60,277 nt of DNA from a virus. Its lineage: Duplodnaviria; Caudoviricetes. The notes beneath the pieces were generated by a model. The model made no database searches and had not been told where the DNA came from. It worked only from the letters and a program-made list of their open reading frames with translations. Made by a program: the position numbers and the translations under genes. This document shows, piece after piece, positions 49,304 to 58,703 of this stretch (within the stretch, counting starts at the first letter, position 1; the number at the start of each line of letters is the position of its first letter). The DNA lies in the IMG/VR virus record IMGVR_UViG_3300042154_003205, positions 1-60,277 of that record. One strand, 5' to 3'.

Positions 49304-49908
49304 TTATTCAACCAGGTCTGTGCAAAATTGAAGGATTTGTCAAGATACATGATCCCAACACTGGAGAAGTTCTTGTAGACAAAAAGAATGCAATTCACTA
49401 TGAAAATATCAGTTTGGCCATGGCCCAGACCTTGAGTGATCGCAATACTGGTTATATCTATCAAATGGCATTTGGCAACGGTGGCAGTAGTGTAGACCCT
49501 ACTGGAGTTATTACATATTTGCCCCCAAACACAACAGGTCAAAATGCGGACTTGTACAATCAAACTTACGCCAAAGTGGTAGATGACAACTCAGCAGCTG
49601 ACACTGACCCAGAAAACAACAACATGACCGCCCTCCACACCAGTGGTAATGTATACAGTGATATTCTTGTAACCTGCTTGCTGGACTACGGCGAACCGCC
49701 CGAACAACAGGCATTTGACAATTCAACCAATTTTAACGGGGAATTTGTATTTGATGAACTTGGACTAAAAACCTGGAACGGCTCTGTGAATGATCTGCGC
49801 TTGATTACCCATGTTATTTTCCACCCAGTACAAAAGAGTTTGAATCGTCAGATTCAAATTGATTACACCCTGCGTATACAGACGCTGAGCAACATAAATG
49901 CTGTATAA
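49300..49908 (+). CDS. Virion structural protein (baseplate/fibre attachment)
   Basis: MAFGNGG, FDELGL and THVIFHPVQKS..R.I.IDYTLRI resemble fibre-collar/baseplate proteins. Confidence 0.55.
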   Translation: MIIQPGLCKIEGFVKIHDPNTGEVLVDKKNAIHYENISLAMAQTLSDRNTGYIYQMAFGNGGSSVDPTGVITYLPPNTTGQNADLYNQTYAKVVDDNSAADTDPENNNMTALHTSGNVYSDILVTCLLDYGEPPEQQAFDNSTNFNGEFVFDELGLKTWNGSVNDLRLITHVIFHPVQKSLNRQIQIDYTLRIQTLSNINAV

Positions 49909-49911
49909 ATA
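49904..49911 (+). promoter_or_regulatory. Late promoter TATAAATA
   Basis: Exact consensus upstream of the 49933 gene. Confidence 0.65.
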
Positions 49912-49932
49912 TAGTAACTAGGAACAACTGAC

Positions 49933-51717
49933 ATGGCATATACAATCAATCTAACAGACGGCACAGTTTTTGCTACCATCACTGACGGTACCATTAATAC
50001 ATCAAGTTCAATGACCTTGGTGGGCAAAAACTACGCTGGCTACGGTGAATTTTTAGACGAAAATTTTATTCACCTGCTGGAAAGTGGTTCAAACACCACG
50101 GCACCCGCATCGCCCTTGACTGGACAGTTATGGTGGGACAAAACCAACAACTTGTTGAAAGTGTACAACGGGTCCATATTCAAAACCATTTCAGCTGCCA
50201 CTGCCAGCGCATCGGCCCCTGCCAGCAATGTCACTGGTGATTTGTGGTATGACACTGTAAATCAGCAACTCAAAGTTTGGACTGGTGCAGCATTTTTGGT
50301 TGTGGGTCCTGGATATACCAGCGCACAAGGACAGTCAGGGGCTATTCCTGAAACTATTTTAAACAACGTTGGCGCTACACGTTACATCACCAGCTTGTAT
50401 GTAAACAACAATCGTGTGGCCATTGTGTATGATGGTGCAAGTTTTACGCCTGAAGCTGCACTGCTTGCGGCTTTTCCCACAATTTATCCTGGTATCACAC
50501 TGAGTGCGTCAGTAGGCAGTGCTGTGTTTGCTGGCACCGCCACCAATGCAGATTTGTTGGATAATTTAAACAGTTCAGACTTCATGCGAGCCACTGCCAA
50601 CACTGCCACCAATGGCCGTTTGCAAGTCAACAATGCCAATGGTATTTTTATTGGCACATCCAACGTGGTCAACATCAGTCAAAGTACCAATGATGGTTTG
50701 ATCACTGCTCCTGTGAGTGGTGGTAATTTGATCTTACGTACCAATGTTTCTGGTACAACATTCACTGTGGCCACAGCACTGGGCGCCAATGGCACATTTG
50801 CCATTGCCAACGCTGCCACAGTGGGCACAACACTCAATGTCACAGGCAATGTCACTGGCGGTAATTTGTTAACTGCTGGATTGATTTCTTCAACTGGTAA
50901 TGTCACCAGCGGTAACGTTAACACTGTTCTAGTTGCTGCCACCACATTAAGTGCCACAGCCAACGTGCAAGCAGGCAATCTTCGTACCACTGGCTTAATC
51001 TCAGCCACTGGCAACATCACATCAGCGGCCAACATTGCTGGCACATTCTTCTTGGGCAATGGATCTCAATTGACTGGTATCAGTGCTGCTGTTTCGGTCA
51101 GTAAGATATCCAATGGTACATCAGAAGCCAACATTGGCGCATCAGGCGGCAATGCCAATATTTCAATTGGTGGCACTGGCAACGTGGTGGTGTTTACCAC
51201 TGGTACAGCCTTCTTTATCAGTGACATCAGCGTGAGTGGCATCCAAAAAATTGGATCAAATGCTGTGGGCAATATTGGATCCAGCAGCAATTATTTCAAT
51301 CAAGTTTTTGCCACAGCCACAACAGCTTTGTACGCTGACGTTGCAGAACGTTTTGCAGCAGATGAAGTTTTGGAACCTGGTACAGTTGTAGAATTGGGCG
51401 GCGTCAAAGAAATTACTCGAAGCACACAAGATTTAAGTGACAATGTATTTGGCGTTATAAGTACAAGACCAGCTTATACAATGAACGGCGGAGCCGGTGA
51501 AAATGACACGCATCCACCGGTTGCAATGACAGGGCGAGTTCCTGTAAAATGTGTGGGTACGGTACGCAAAGGCGATCGACTTGTGAGTGCAGGAGATGGA
51601 GTTGCTAGAGCAGCAGGTCCAGGTGAAGCCACAGCATTCAACGTGATTGGCCGCTCATTAGAAAACAAAACAACCATGGACATTGGCGCTATTGAAGCCA
51701 TTGTCACCATCAAGTAA
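49933..51717 (+). CDS. Tail fibre protein with C-terminal intramolecular-chaperone/autocleavage-like domain
   Basis: GQLWWD/GDLWYD repeats, GNVTGGNL fibre repeats, and YADVAE...GTVV...GVIS..P...VAMTGRVPVK. Confidence 0.75.
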   Translation: MAYTINLTDGTVFATITDGTINTSSSMTLVGKNYAGYGEFLDENFIHLLESGSNTTAPASPLTGQLWWDKTNNLLKVYNGSIFKTISAATASASAPASNVTGDLWYDTVNQQLKVWTGAAFLVVGPGYTSAQGQSGAIPETILNNVGATRYITSLYVNNNRVAIVYDGASFTPEAALLAAFPTIYPGITLSASVGSAVFAGTATNADLLDNLNSSDFMRATANTATNGRLQVNNANGIFIGTSNVVNISQSTNDGLITAPVSGGNLILRTNVSGTTFTVATALGANGTFAIANAATVGTTLNVTGNVTGGNLLTAGLISSTGNVTSGNVNTVLVAATTLSATANVQAGNLRTTGLISATGNITSAANIAGTFFLGNGSQLTGISAAVSVSKISNGTSEANIGASGGNANISIGGTGNVVVFTTGTAFFISDISVSGIQKIGSNAVGNIGSSSNYFNQVFATATTALYADVAERFAADEVLEPGTVVELGGVKEITRSTQDLSDNVFGVISTRPAYTMNGGAGENDTHPPVAMTGRVPVKCVGTVRKGDRLVSAGDGVARAAGPGEATAFNVIGRSLENKTTMDIGAIEAIVTIK

Positions 51718-51730
51718 CAAGGAAACAACA

Positions 51731-52696
51731 ATGACATATTCAATTGGTGGATTAATCCAAGCCACAGACTACAACGGGTTTGCAGATACCACTGTTGGTG
51801 CCAACGTCAATGCCACCTGGGCCACTGGTACCACATCAGCAGGTTACGGACAAACTGCATTAGCTACTGTGAGTCCCGGTGGTACTGTGTCTGCCACCAA
51901 CTGGGCCAGTCTTGTAAACAACATTGCATCCATGGGCTCGCATCAAGGCACTGCCATCACTGCAAGAACAGCACCTGTAGTTGGCAACACCATTAGCATA
52001 TTGAGTGCAGTCAACACTGACATTACCAATTGTTACAACAATCGAGGCAACGCTGCAGCCTCTGGCTCACAGTTCACAGGCTACACCGGACTCAACGCAA
52101 AAATAGCCGACACCACAGGCGCAACCTGGAGTATAACATTTACCAATACAGTGACGTTTGCGTCGGCCAATGCTGCAAGATATTTTTTCAACGCCGGTGG
52201 TACAATCAAAATTGATGTATCAAAAACCTCAACTGGTAACACAGGTGATCCTGAATGGAACGATCTAGCCAATACCTTGTGCGGTGATATTTTCATCACC
52301 GGCGGTGCCTACAGTCAAACCATTGCTGGCGTCGTGTACACTGGAACAACCAAGATTGGCGGATCTGGCACACCCACCACCTTGACCACTACCACAGGCT
52401 TTTTTGATCTCACGCCCGGCGGAGCAGCAGTTATTGTGTACAAACAGTTCGCAGACACTGCACCTTACACATCCAATTTTATACAACACAGTTTGAGTCT
52501 CAACGCAGGCAGCACAGTGTTGACCATAACCACACTGTGGTCAGCGTCGGATGGTGATACCATCACAGGCGGCACCGCACCGTCGGGGGCCAGTCCAGGC
52601 ACAGCACCTTGTACAATTGTGACCTATTTTCCACCCAGCAGCACATACCTGTCGGCCAGTTGGGGCACACCCTCAGTGGCTGCTACCACAGTTTAA
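51731..52696 (+). CDS. Thr/Gly-rich tail fibre or virion structural protein
   Basis: Start MTYSIGG after AAGGA; AARYFFNAGG motif. Confidence 0.6.
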   Translation: MTYSIGGLIQATDYNGFADTTVGANVNATWATGTTSAGYGQTALATVSPGGTVSATNWASLVNNIASMGSHQGTAITARTAPVVGNTISILSAVNTDITNCYNNRGNAAASGSQFTGYTGLNAKIADTTGATWSITFTNTVTFASANAARYFFNAGGTIKIDVSKTSTGNTGDPEWNDLANTLCGDIFITGGAYSQTIAGVVYTGTTKIGGSGTPTTLTTTTGFFDLTPGGAAVIVYKQFADTAPYTSNFIQHSLSLNAGSTVLTITTLWSASDGDTITGGTAPSGASPGTAPCTIVTYFPPSSTYLSASWGTPSVAATTV

Positions 52697-52699
52697 CCA

Positions 52700-52725
52700 A
52701 AAGGGATCCACCCCCTTTACTTTTC
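52700..52725 (+). terminator. Possible intrinsic terminator ending the structural operon
   Basis: AAAGGG-N7-CCCTTT hairpin followed by a T-rich tract. Confidence 0.3.
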
Positions 52726-52744
52726 CCTGTTTTTCCTGTACAAT
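52716..52744 (+). promoter_or_regulatory. Sigma70-type promoter for the glycosylation cluster
   Basis: TTTACT-N17-TACAAT, with the ATG 5 nt downstream. Confidence 0.5.
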
Positions 52745-52749
52745 ACACT

Positions 52750-53058
52750 ATGGATACTAATGCCTTGGTTGCTCACGCACGAGCCCGATTTGATCATGCA
52801 GCCGCTCGACGAGTGCTCAAAGAAAAATATGAAGCACGTATGGTGTTTGCTTATGGGGGCGGAATGTGGCGTGCTGGCCCAGAATTACTGACTGTACTGT
52901 TGGCCTGCGCACAAGACAAAGACGTTGTAATATTAGACTTGTACGAGACTCCGGTGCAAATTACAGTAACAGACTTGTTTGCTCGAGCACACGAACGTTG
53001 GCAAGAACAAATGAACGCATGGAAAGTGGAATGGGACGAACTAAACCAAAAACGCTGA
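52750..53058 (+). CDS. Hypothetical protein (102 aa, MDTNALVAH)
   Basis: First gene after the promoter; the ORF-track 5' extension overlaps the upstream gene. Confidence 0.65.
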   Translation: MDTNALVAHARARFDHAAARRVLKEKYEARMVFAYGGGMWRAGPELLTVLLACAQDKDVVILDLYETPVQITVTDLFARAHERWQEQMNAWKVEWDELNQKR

Positions 53059-53852
53059 GTCAAGGTGTTGTGATCTTTGCCTTCAATAACGAAGCAACAG
53101 ACTACATTGCCATGGCAGCATGGAGTGCTCGTAACATTCGCCGCCATTTAGACTTGCCTGTAGCCGTGGTAACAGATGCACCCGAGACTGCCGCACAATA
53201 TGAGTTTGAACACATCATTGCCACTGTGCCAGACACCGGTGGATCAAGATACTTTGCAGATTACAACGCCAACGTAACTTGGCACAATGCTGGACGAGTC
53301 AATGCTTATGAGTTATCACCTTTTGATCAAACCCTGGTACTGGATGCTGATTATGTTGTGGCCAGCGATTCCCTATTAGATATATTAAAAATACCACAAC
53401 AGTTTGCAGCCTCTTCAGATGCATTTGAACCCAGCAGCATGACCAATCTTGAAACGTTTGGTGAGTACAAGATGCCCATGTGGTGGGCCACTGTGATGAT
53501 GTTTCGTCGTGGCAATGTGAGTCAATTCATATTTGATAGTATGCAAATGATACGCAATAATTGGCAGCACTACCGAGACTTGTATGGCATACATCAAAGC
53601 AACTATCGCAATGACTATGCACTGAGTATTGCCCTGGGCCTGGTGGCTGGTTCTGAACAATCAGTGCATAAGATATTTCGTCCCATGCTCAATGTCATGC
53701 CAGATCATGGTTTGACTTGCACGGAACAGGATCATTATGAGATTACATATACCAACACAGAAGGTAGATTGAAAACCATGAGTTGGTCAGGATTAGACTT
53801 TCATGCCATGTGCAAGAAACACCTGGAGGCCATCGTTGCAACCAACAGATGA
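53031..53852 (+). CDS. GT-A fold glycosyltransferase-like protein
   Basis: GVVIFAFNN, SPFDQTLVLDADY (DxD) and WATVMMF; start position uncertain. Confidence 0.65.
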   Translation: MGRTKPKTLSQGVVIFAFNNEATDYIAMAAWSARNIRRHLDLPVAVVTDAPETAAQYEFEHIIATVPDTGGSRYFADYNANVTWHNAGRVNAYELSPFDQTLVLDADYVVASDSLLDILKIPQQFAASSDAFEPSSMTNLETFGEYKMPMWWATVMMFRRGNVSQFIFDSMQMIRNNWQHYRDLYGIHQSNYRNDYALSIALGLVAGSEQSVHKIFRPMLNVMPDHGLTCTEQDHYEITYTNTEGRLKTMSWSGLDFHAMCKKHLEAIVATNR

Positions 53853-54606
53853 ACAAGGTTATGTAATTGTTGCGGTCAACAGCGACACTGTTGATTACCA
53901 GGACTGCGCTCGCACCTTGGCCAAGACCATACGCTACTGGGATCCGTCGGCACGTATATGTTTGGTCACAGCCGGCCCCGACACTGATCCCTTGTACGAC
54001 TACCACAGACAGATTGTGCCTGATGCCAATCCATTTGCCAACGATGCACAACTGTTCCGACTCACACCATTTCGTGAAACCATCAAACTGGAAGCAGACA
54101 TGTTGATTGTGAGTCCTATTGACCATTGGTGGGCACAGTTTAGACATAGGGATGTTGTGGTATCAACTGGCTGTAGAGATTGGCAAGATCGTGTGAGCAC
54201 AGCAAGACATTACCGCAGAGTGTTTGATGTCAACAACTTGCCTGACGTGTACAATGCTGTCACATACTGGCGGCGCAGTGAAACTGCAAAAGAGTTTTTT
54301 TCATGGGTAGGAAACATATTTGCCAACTGGGCAGAGTTTAAAAAACTCATAAAGTTTCCAGATGAAGTACCGTCTACTGATCTAGTGTACGCCATGGCTG
54401 CCGAAATCATGGGACGAGACCGTGTGACCATGCCATTTAGTACATACCCAAAAATAGTGCATATGAAACGACACATAGCAGGAACACACACTGAACGCTG
54501 GCCGGATGAACTGGTGTGGGAATACCAGGATTGCCGATTACGCATACAAACTGTGCCACAAACAGGTGCATTTCATTACCATGCTAAAGATTGGCAGGCA
54601 CAATGA
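53836..54606 (+). CDS. Second GT-A-like paralog (TTG start)
   Basis: GYVIVAVN, TPFRETIKLEADM, HMK and FHYH; GGAGG RBS before the TTG. Confidence 0.6.
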   Translation: MQPTDEQGYVIVAVNSDTVDYQDCARTLAKTIRYWDPSARICLVTAGPDTDPLYDYHRQIVPDANPFANDAQLFRLTPFRETIKLEADMLIVSPIDHWWAQFRHRDVVVSTGCRDWQDRVSTARHYRRVFDVNNLPDVYNAVTYWRRSETAKEFFSWVGNIFANWAEFKKLIKFPDEVPSTDLVYAMAAEIMGRDRVTMPFSTYPKIVHMKRHIAGTHTERWPDELVWEYQDCRLRIQTVPQTGAFHYHAKDWQAQ

Positions 54607-54995
54607 AAAAAGTATTTGTGAATGGCACATTTGATATACTACACGTAGGACACATTGCCTTGCTTGACTACGCAAAGAGCCTGGGCGACCAGTTGGTTGT
54701 AGGGATTGACAGTGATGACCGAGTTAGGTGGTTAAAAGGTTCCAATAGGCCTATAAATTCTCAACTTGAACGAGGCACACTACTCAGCGCACTTAAAAGT
54801 GTAGACGAAGTGTTTGTATTTGACACAGACGATGAATTGAGAAGTCTCATTCAAGCGTGTGACATCATGGTAAAAGGTTCAGATTACCAGGACAAACACA
54901 TAGTTGGTGCGGATGTTTGCAAAGAAATAATTTTTTTCGAAAGATTAAATGGATACTCAACAACAGAAAAAATTCAACATATTGTTAATCGGTGA
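54603..54995 (+). CDS. Cytidylyltransferase-family nucleotidyltransferase (HldE domain II/HldC-like)
   Basis: NGTFDILHVGH, VGIDSD..V..LKG..RPIN, VKGSDY and YSTT. Confidence 0.88.
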   Translation: MKKVFVNGTFDILHVGHIALLDYAKSLGDQLVVGIDSDDRVRWLKGSNRPINSQLERGTLLSALKSVDEVFVFDTDDELRSLIQACDIMVKGSDYQDKHIVGADVCKEIIFFERLNGYSTTEKIQHIVNR

Positions 54996-55704
54996 TGCCT
55001 GCGAGGACACTTACACATACGGTTATGTAGATCGTATCAGTCCCGAAGCGCCTGTGCCCATATTTGAACCGCATTATACTATTCATCATGATGGCATGGC
55101 AGGCAATGTATGCAAGAATTTAGAAGCATTGGGCTGTGATGTCAATTTCCTGCATGGCGCAGTAAGCAAAAAGAACCGACTGATTGATCAACGTACCAAG
55201 CAACAGATTTTGCGCATAGACCACGATGCCAAAAGTCAACCCATCACATTTGAAACAGTGATCCCTCCGGTGTATGATGCAGTGGTGGTCAGCGACTACA
55301 ACAAAGGCACAGTAGATTACCACTTAATAGAAGACTTGGTCAAAGAAGTAACTGTGCCCATCTTTGTTGACACCAAGAAAACTGACCTAGCTCGGCTAGC
55401 CGGCTGTTATGTAAAAATCAACGCACTGGAACGGAGTCGTGCAACCAGTTTGCTCAGCAAGGATCATTTGATTGTGACTCATGGCAGTCACGGTGCAGAA
55501 TGGGACGGTCAGAGTTTCCCTGCAGAAACAGCAGGTGATGTAACTGATGTATGTGGAGCAGGAGATACATTTTTAGCTGCACTGACCTATCAGTTTCTAG
55601 TAACAAACAGCATGTCCGACGCAGTAAAGTTTGCAAACAAGGCGGCTGCGGTAACAGTGCAACATGTGGGTGTGTATGCACCACGCCTAGAGGAAATCAA
55701 ATGA
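54949..55704 (+). CDS. PfkB-family sugar kinase (HldE domain I/HldA-like)
   Basis: IGD...D.Y..G...RISPEAPVP, SDYNKG and DVCGAGDTF. Confidence 0.88.
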   Translation: MDTQQQKKFNILLIGDACEDTYTYGYVDRISPEAPVPIFEPHYTIHHDGMAGNVCKNLEALGCDVNFLHGAVSKKNRLIDQRTKQQILRIDHDAKSQPITFETVIPPVYDAVVVSDYNKGTVDYHLIEDLVKEVTVPIFVDTKKTDLARLAGCYVKINALERSRATSLLSKDHLIVTHGSHGAEWDGQSFPAETAGDVTDVCGAGDTFLAALTYQFLVTNSMSDAVKFANKAAAVTVQHVGVYAPRLEEIK

Positions 55705-56060
55705 CCAGACTAACAGGTCTAGTAGAAAAAGGTTGGGGTTCGGAAGAAATATGGGCAACCAACGACAAATACTGTGGTAAACTGATGCGGTTTAACACTG
55801 GCGCACGTTTCAGCATGCACTTCCATGCAGAGAAAGATGAGTCATGGTATGTGCTTGACGGGCTGTTTAAAGTAGTATTCATTGAAACAAAAGATGCCAG
55901 CCAACATGAAGCCATACTTAAACCAGGCACAACCTGGCGCAACCGTCCACTGCAACCTCATCAACTCGTTTGCATAGAAGCAGGCACTGTGTTAGAAGTT
56001 AGTACAGCAGATTCAGTGGAAGACAACTATCGTGTGTTGCCTGGAGACAGTCAGCAATGA
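55701..56060 (+). CDS. Cupin sugar isomerase-like protein
   Basis: KGWGSEEIW, FSMHFHAEKDESW, PHQL and EVST..S.EDNYR..PGD; GAGG RBS. Confidence 0.75.
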   Translation: MTRLTGLVEKGWGSEEIWATNDKYCGKLMRFNTGARFSMHFHAEKDESWYVLDGLFKVVFIETKDASQHEAILKPGTTWRNRPLQPHQLVCIEAGTVLEVSTADSVEDNYRVLPGDSQQ

Positions 56061-56383
56061 CCCCTGAACAACTACAACAACTGTTTCAGGTCATACCTGA
56101 ACCACCACCGCTGTTTTATCGCTTGTATCATGATGAACATGGTCGGCCACTATTCTACAGCATGGAAGATTGTCCTGGTACATACATTGAGATTGACCAG
56201 GCAACTTTTGCTCGCAGTGCTACCAACGTGCGGGTGCGAGACGGAAAATTAATAGAAATAACGTGGGCAACCACAACAAAATTGGTCCCTGGCAACTCTG
56301 GATCCCCTTGTCATCCTGACAATGTCGCTGTAATCGTTGCCGAGGACCAACCTCATACCCGCTGGAGTAAGAAAAACATATGA
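56057..56383 (+). CDS. Hypothetical protein
   Basis: 108 aa with ATGA overlaps on both sides. Confidence 0.65.
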   Translation: MTPEQLQQLFQVIPEPPPLFYRLYHDEHGRPLFYSMEDCPGTYIEIDQATFARSATNVRVRDGKLIEITWATTTKLVPGNSGSPCHPDNVAVIVAEDQPHTRWSKKNI

Positions 56384-57306
56384 AACAAATTGACATTGCA
56401 GACTTGGACTGCATATACTTGAGTTACGACGAACCTGAAAAAGAAGAACATTGGGTCCAGATCAAAAACATGGTTCCATGGGCTACACGAGTAGACGGTA
56501 TCAAAGGATCGGATGCAGCACACAAGGCAGCCGCCGCAGCCAGCACCACAGAACGCTTTATACTCATTGATGGCGACAACATTCCTGATGCTGAATTTTT
56601 CAATCAAACGTTAACATTTGCTACACCTGAGTGGGAACAGGCAGTGTTTCGTTGGCGTGCTAGAAACCACATCAACGGCTTGATGTATGGCAATGGTGGG
56701 CTGAGTTCATGGACACGTGAGTTTGTGATGAACATGCGCACACACGAAGCCACTGACGGGCGTGTGGAAACTGAAGTGGAGTTTTGCTTTGATCCCTTGT
56801 ACTGGCCCATGTACAACTGCTACTCAACCACATATCCTAATGGATCGGCGTTTCAGGCATGGCGTGCTGGATTCCGTGAAGGTGTAAAAATGTGCTTGAA
56901 CCGAGGTGCAAAGCCTACTGTAGAAGAATTTCAACAACAGGTACACCGGCGTAATCTAGATCATTTAACCATATGGCACAACATTGGTGCTGACGTCAAC
57001 AACGGGCAGTGGACCATGGCTGGTGCCAGACAAGGCACATACATGACCATGCTCACAAACTGGGACCATAGACAAGTGCAAGACTTTGACGCTCTCGCTG
57101 AAATCTGGGCGACAGTAAAAGACACAGACCCAAGACTGTTGGGCGGTCGCGTGGCTGATGATTTATACAGCCAGCTAGATTTGCCCATGGCCATCTTTGA
57201 AGGCGAACAAAGTCGGTTCTTCAAACAACACTATCGTTCAAACTGGCACAACCGTGGAGTCATGACTCGAGAGATTGATGTAATTAGACAGCAAGAAGGC
57301 TGGTAA
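56380..57306 (+). CDS. Glycosyltransferase-like protein (GT-A, DGD motif)
   Basis: LSYDEP, AAHKAAA, FILIDGDN and AWRAGFREGVK. Confidence 0.55.
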   Translation: MKQIDIADLDCIYLSYDEPEKEEHWVQIKNMVPWATRVDGIKGSDAAHKAAAAASTTERFILIDGDNIPDAEFFNQTLTFATPEWEQAVFRWRARNHINGLMYGNGGLSSWTREFVMNMRTHEATDGRVETEVEFCFDPLYWPMYNCYSTTYPNGSAFQAWRAGFREGVKMCLNRGAKPTVEEFQQQVHRRNLDHLTIWHNIGADVNNGQWTMAGARQGTYMTMLTNWDHRQVQDFDALAEIWATVKDTDPRLLGGRVADDLYSQLDLPMAIFEGEQSRFFKQHYRSNWHNRGVMTREIDVIRQQEGW

Positions 57307-58703
57307 TGAACAAAGGCGACGAGTCAGCAGACAACAAAAGCAAGTTTCTCAGTTCTGCTGAACAGATGCATGATCAATTAGGCCCTGCTCTGTGTCTTGC
57401 CAAGTGGAAACAGGTCAGCTTGCACTTGACCACAGGTATGAACAACTCATGCTATCATCCACCATTGCACCCAATTGATCCTGCGGAGATCAAGATAGAT
57501 GTTAGTGCATTGCACAACACCGCATACAAAAAAACACAACGCCGGATGATGTTGGCTGGAGAAAAACCCAAGGAATGTCAATACTGTTGGAACATGGAAG
57601 ATCAGGGCAAACTAAGCGACCGACACTACCGTTCAGGGGAACCCTGGGCCGCAGTGGATTTTGAAAAGATAAAAAATAGTACAGGAGAAGAAAATGTTAT
57701 CCCCAGTTATGTTGAAGTTAATTTTAATCACGCTTGTAATCTTAAGTGTAGTTATTGTAGCCCTCAGTTTTCGAGCTCATGGGCAGACGAAGTTGCACGA
57801 CTGGGCGCTTTTCCTACTAGCAGTCCACACAACTCTCCTGATCATTTTATGGGTCAGCGTAGACCAATACCAGCCAGAGAATCAAATCCTTATGTTGAGG
57901 CCTTCTGGGCCTGGTGGCCAGACCTGTACCCTCACCTAGAACATTTTCGCATGACCGGTGGCGAGCCGCTGCTGGACCGGAACACATATCGTGTGTTTGA
58001 TTATGTGCTGACCAATCCCAGTCCCCGGTTACACTTGAATGTGACCAGTAACTTTTCAGTGGATGAAAAGTCCTGGCAAAAGTATCTAACCTACGTCAAG
58101 GCCATATGCGATGGACGCATTGAACACTTCATGCAATATGTGAGCCTGGATGGCTGGGGCGAGCAGGCAGAATACATGCGCAATGGCTTGGACTTTGACC
58201 TGCTGTGGGACCGAGTGAATCAATTTCTTACAGAAGTTCCCAACTACTCAAGCCTTACGTTCATCATCACAATGAATAACTTGAGTGTGACCAGCCTGGA
58301 CAAACTGTTTGCTGGCATCTTGGGCCTGCGCAAAGTTTACAGCACAGACTATCAACGTGTATGGTTTGACACCCCTGTACTACGTGAGCCTGCGTGGCAA
58401 AGTCTACAAATACTGCCAGAGAGTTATGCAGAGAAATTGGAATGGTTGTGGGCATGGATGGTGCGACAGATTGAAACTGAAGAAGCTCCTTTTAAAGGAT
58501 TCAAGGACTACGAACTACATAGACTGGATCGCGACATTGCTTGGATGCGATCAGCACAGTTAGAAAATCACTCACAGGCCAAGGCAGACTTCTATCGTTT
58601 CTTTAGTGAACATGATCGTCGTCGTGGCACAGACTTTTTGAAAACATTTCCTGAGATGCGGGCATGGTGGGAGGAGTGTGCATACCATGCTAGGCAATCG
58701 TAA
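57306..58703 (+). CDS. Radical SAM protein with N-terminal Cys-rich (twitch-like) domain
   Basis: CLAKW...SCYHP...CQYCW; CNLKCSYC; TGGEP. Confidence 0.88.
   Translation: MNKGDESADNKSKFLSSAEQMHDQLGPALCLAKWKQVSLHLTTGMNNSCYHPPLHPIDPAEIKIDVSALHNTAYKKTQRRMMLAGEKPKECQYCWNMEDQGKLSDRHYRSGEPWAAVDFEKIKNSTGEENVIPSYVEVNFNHACNLKCSYCSPQFSSSWADEVARLGAFPTSSPHNSPDHFMGQRRPIPARESNPYVEAFWAWWPDLYPHLEHFRMTGGEPLLDRNTYRVFDYVLTNPSPRLHLNVTSNFSVDEKSWQKYLTYVKAICDGRIEHFMQYVSLDGWGEQAEYMRNGLDFDLLWDRVNQFLTEVPNYSSLTFIITMNNLSVTSLDKLFAGILGLRKVYSTDYQRVWFDTPVLREPAWQSLQILPESYAEKLEWLWAWMVRQIETEEAPFKGFKDYELHRLDRDIAWMRSAQLENHSQAKADFYRFFSEHDRRRGTDFLKTFPEMRAWWEECAYHARQS

Noticed and set aside
50820-51060. GNVTGGNL-type repeats as a DNA repeat array
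   Set aside because: The repeats are degenerate at the nucleotide level and are explained by tail-fibre protein periodicity.
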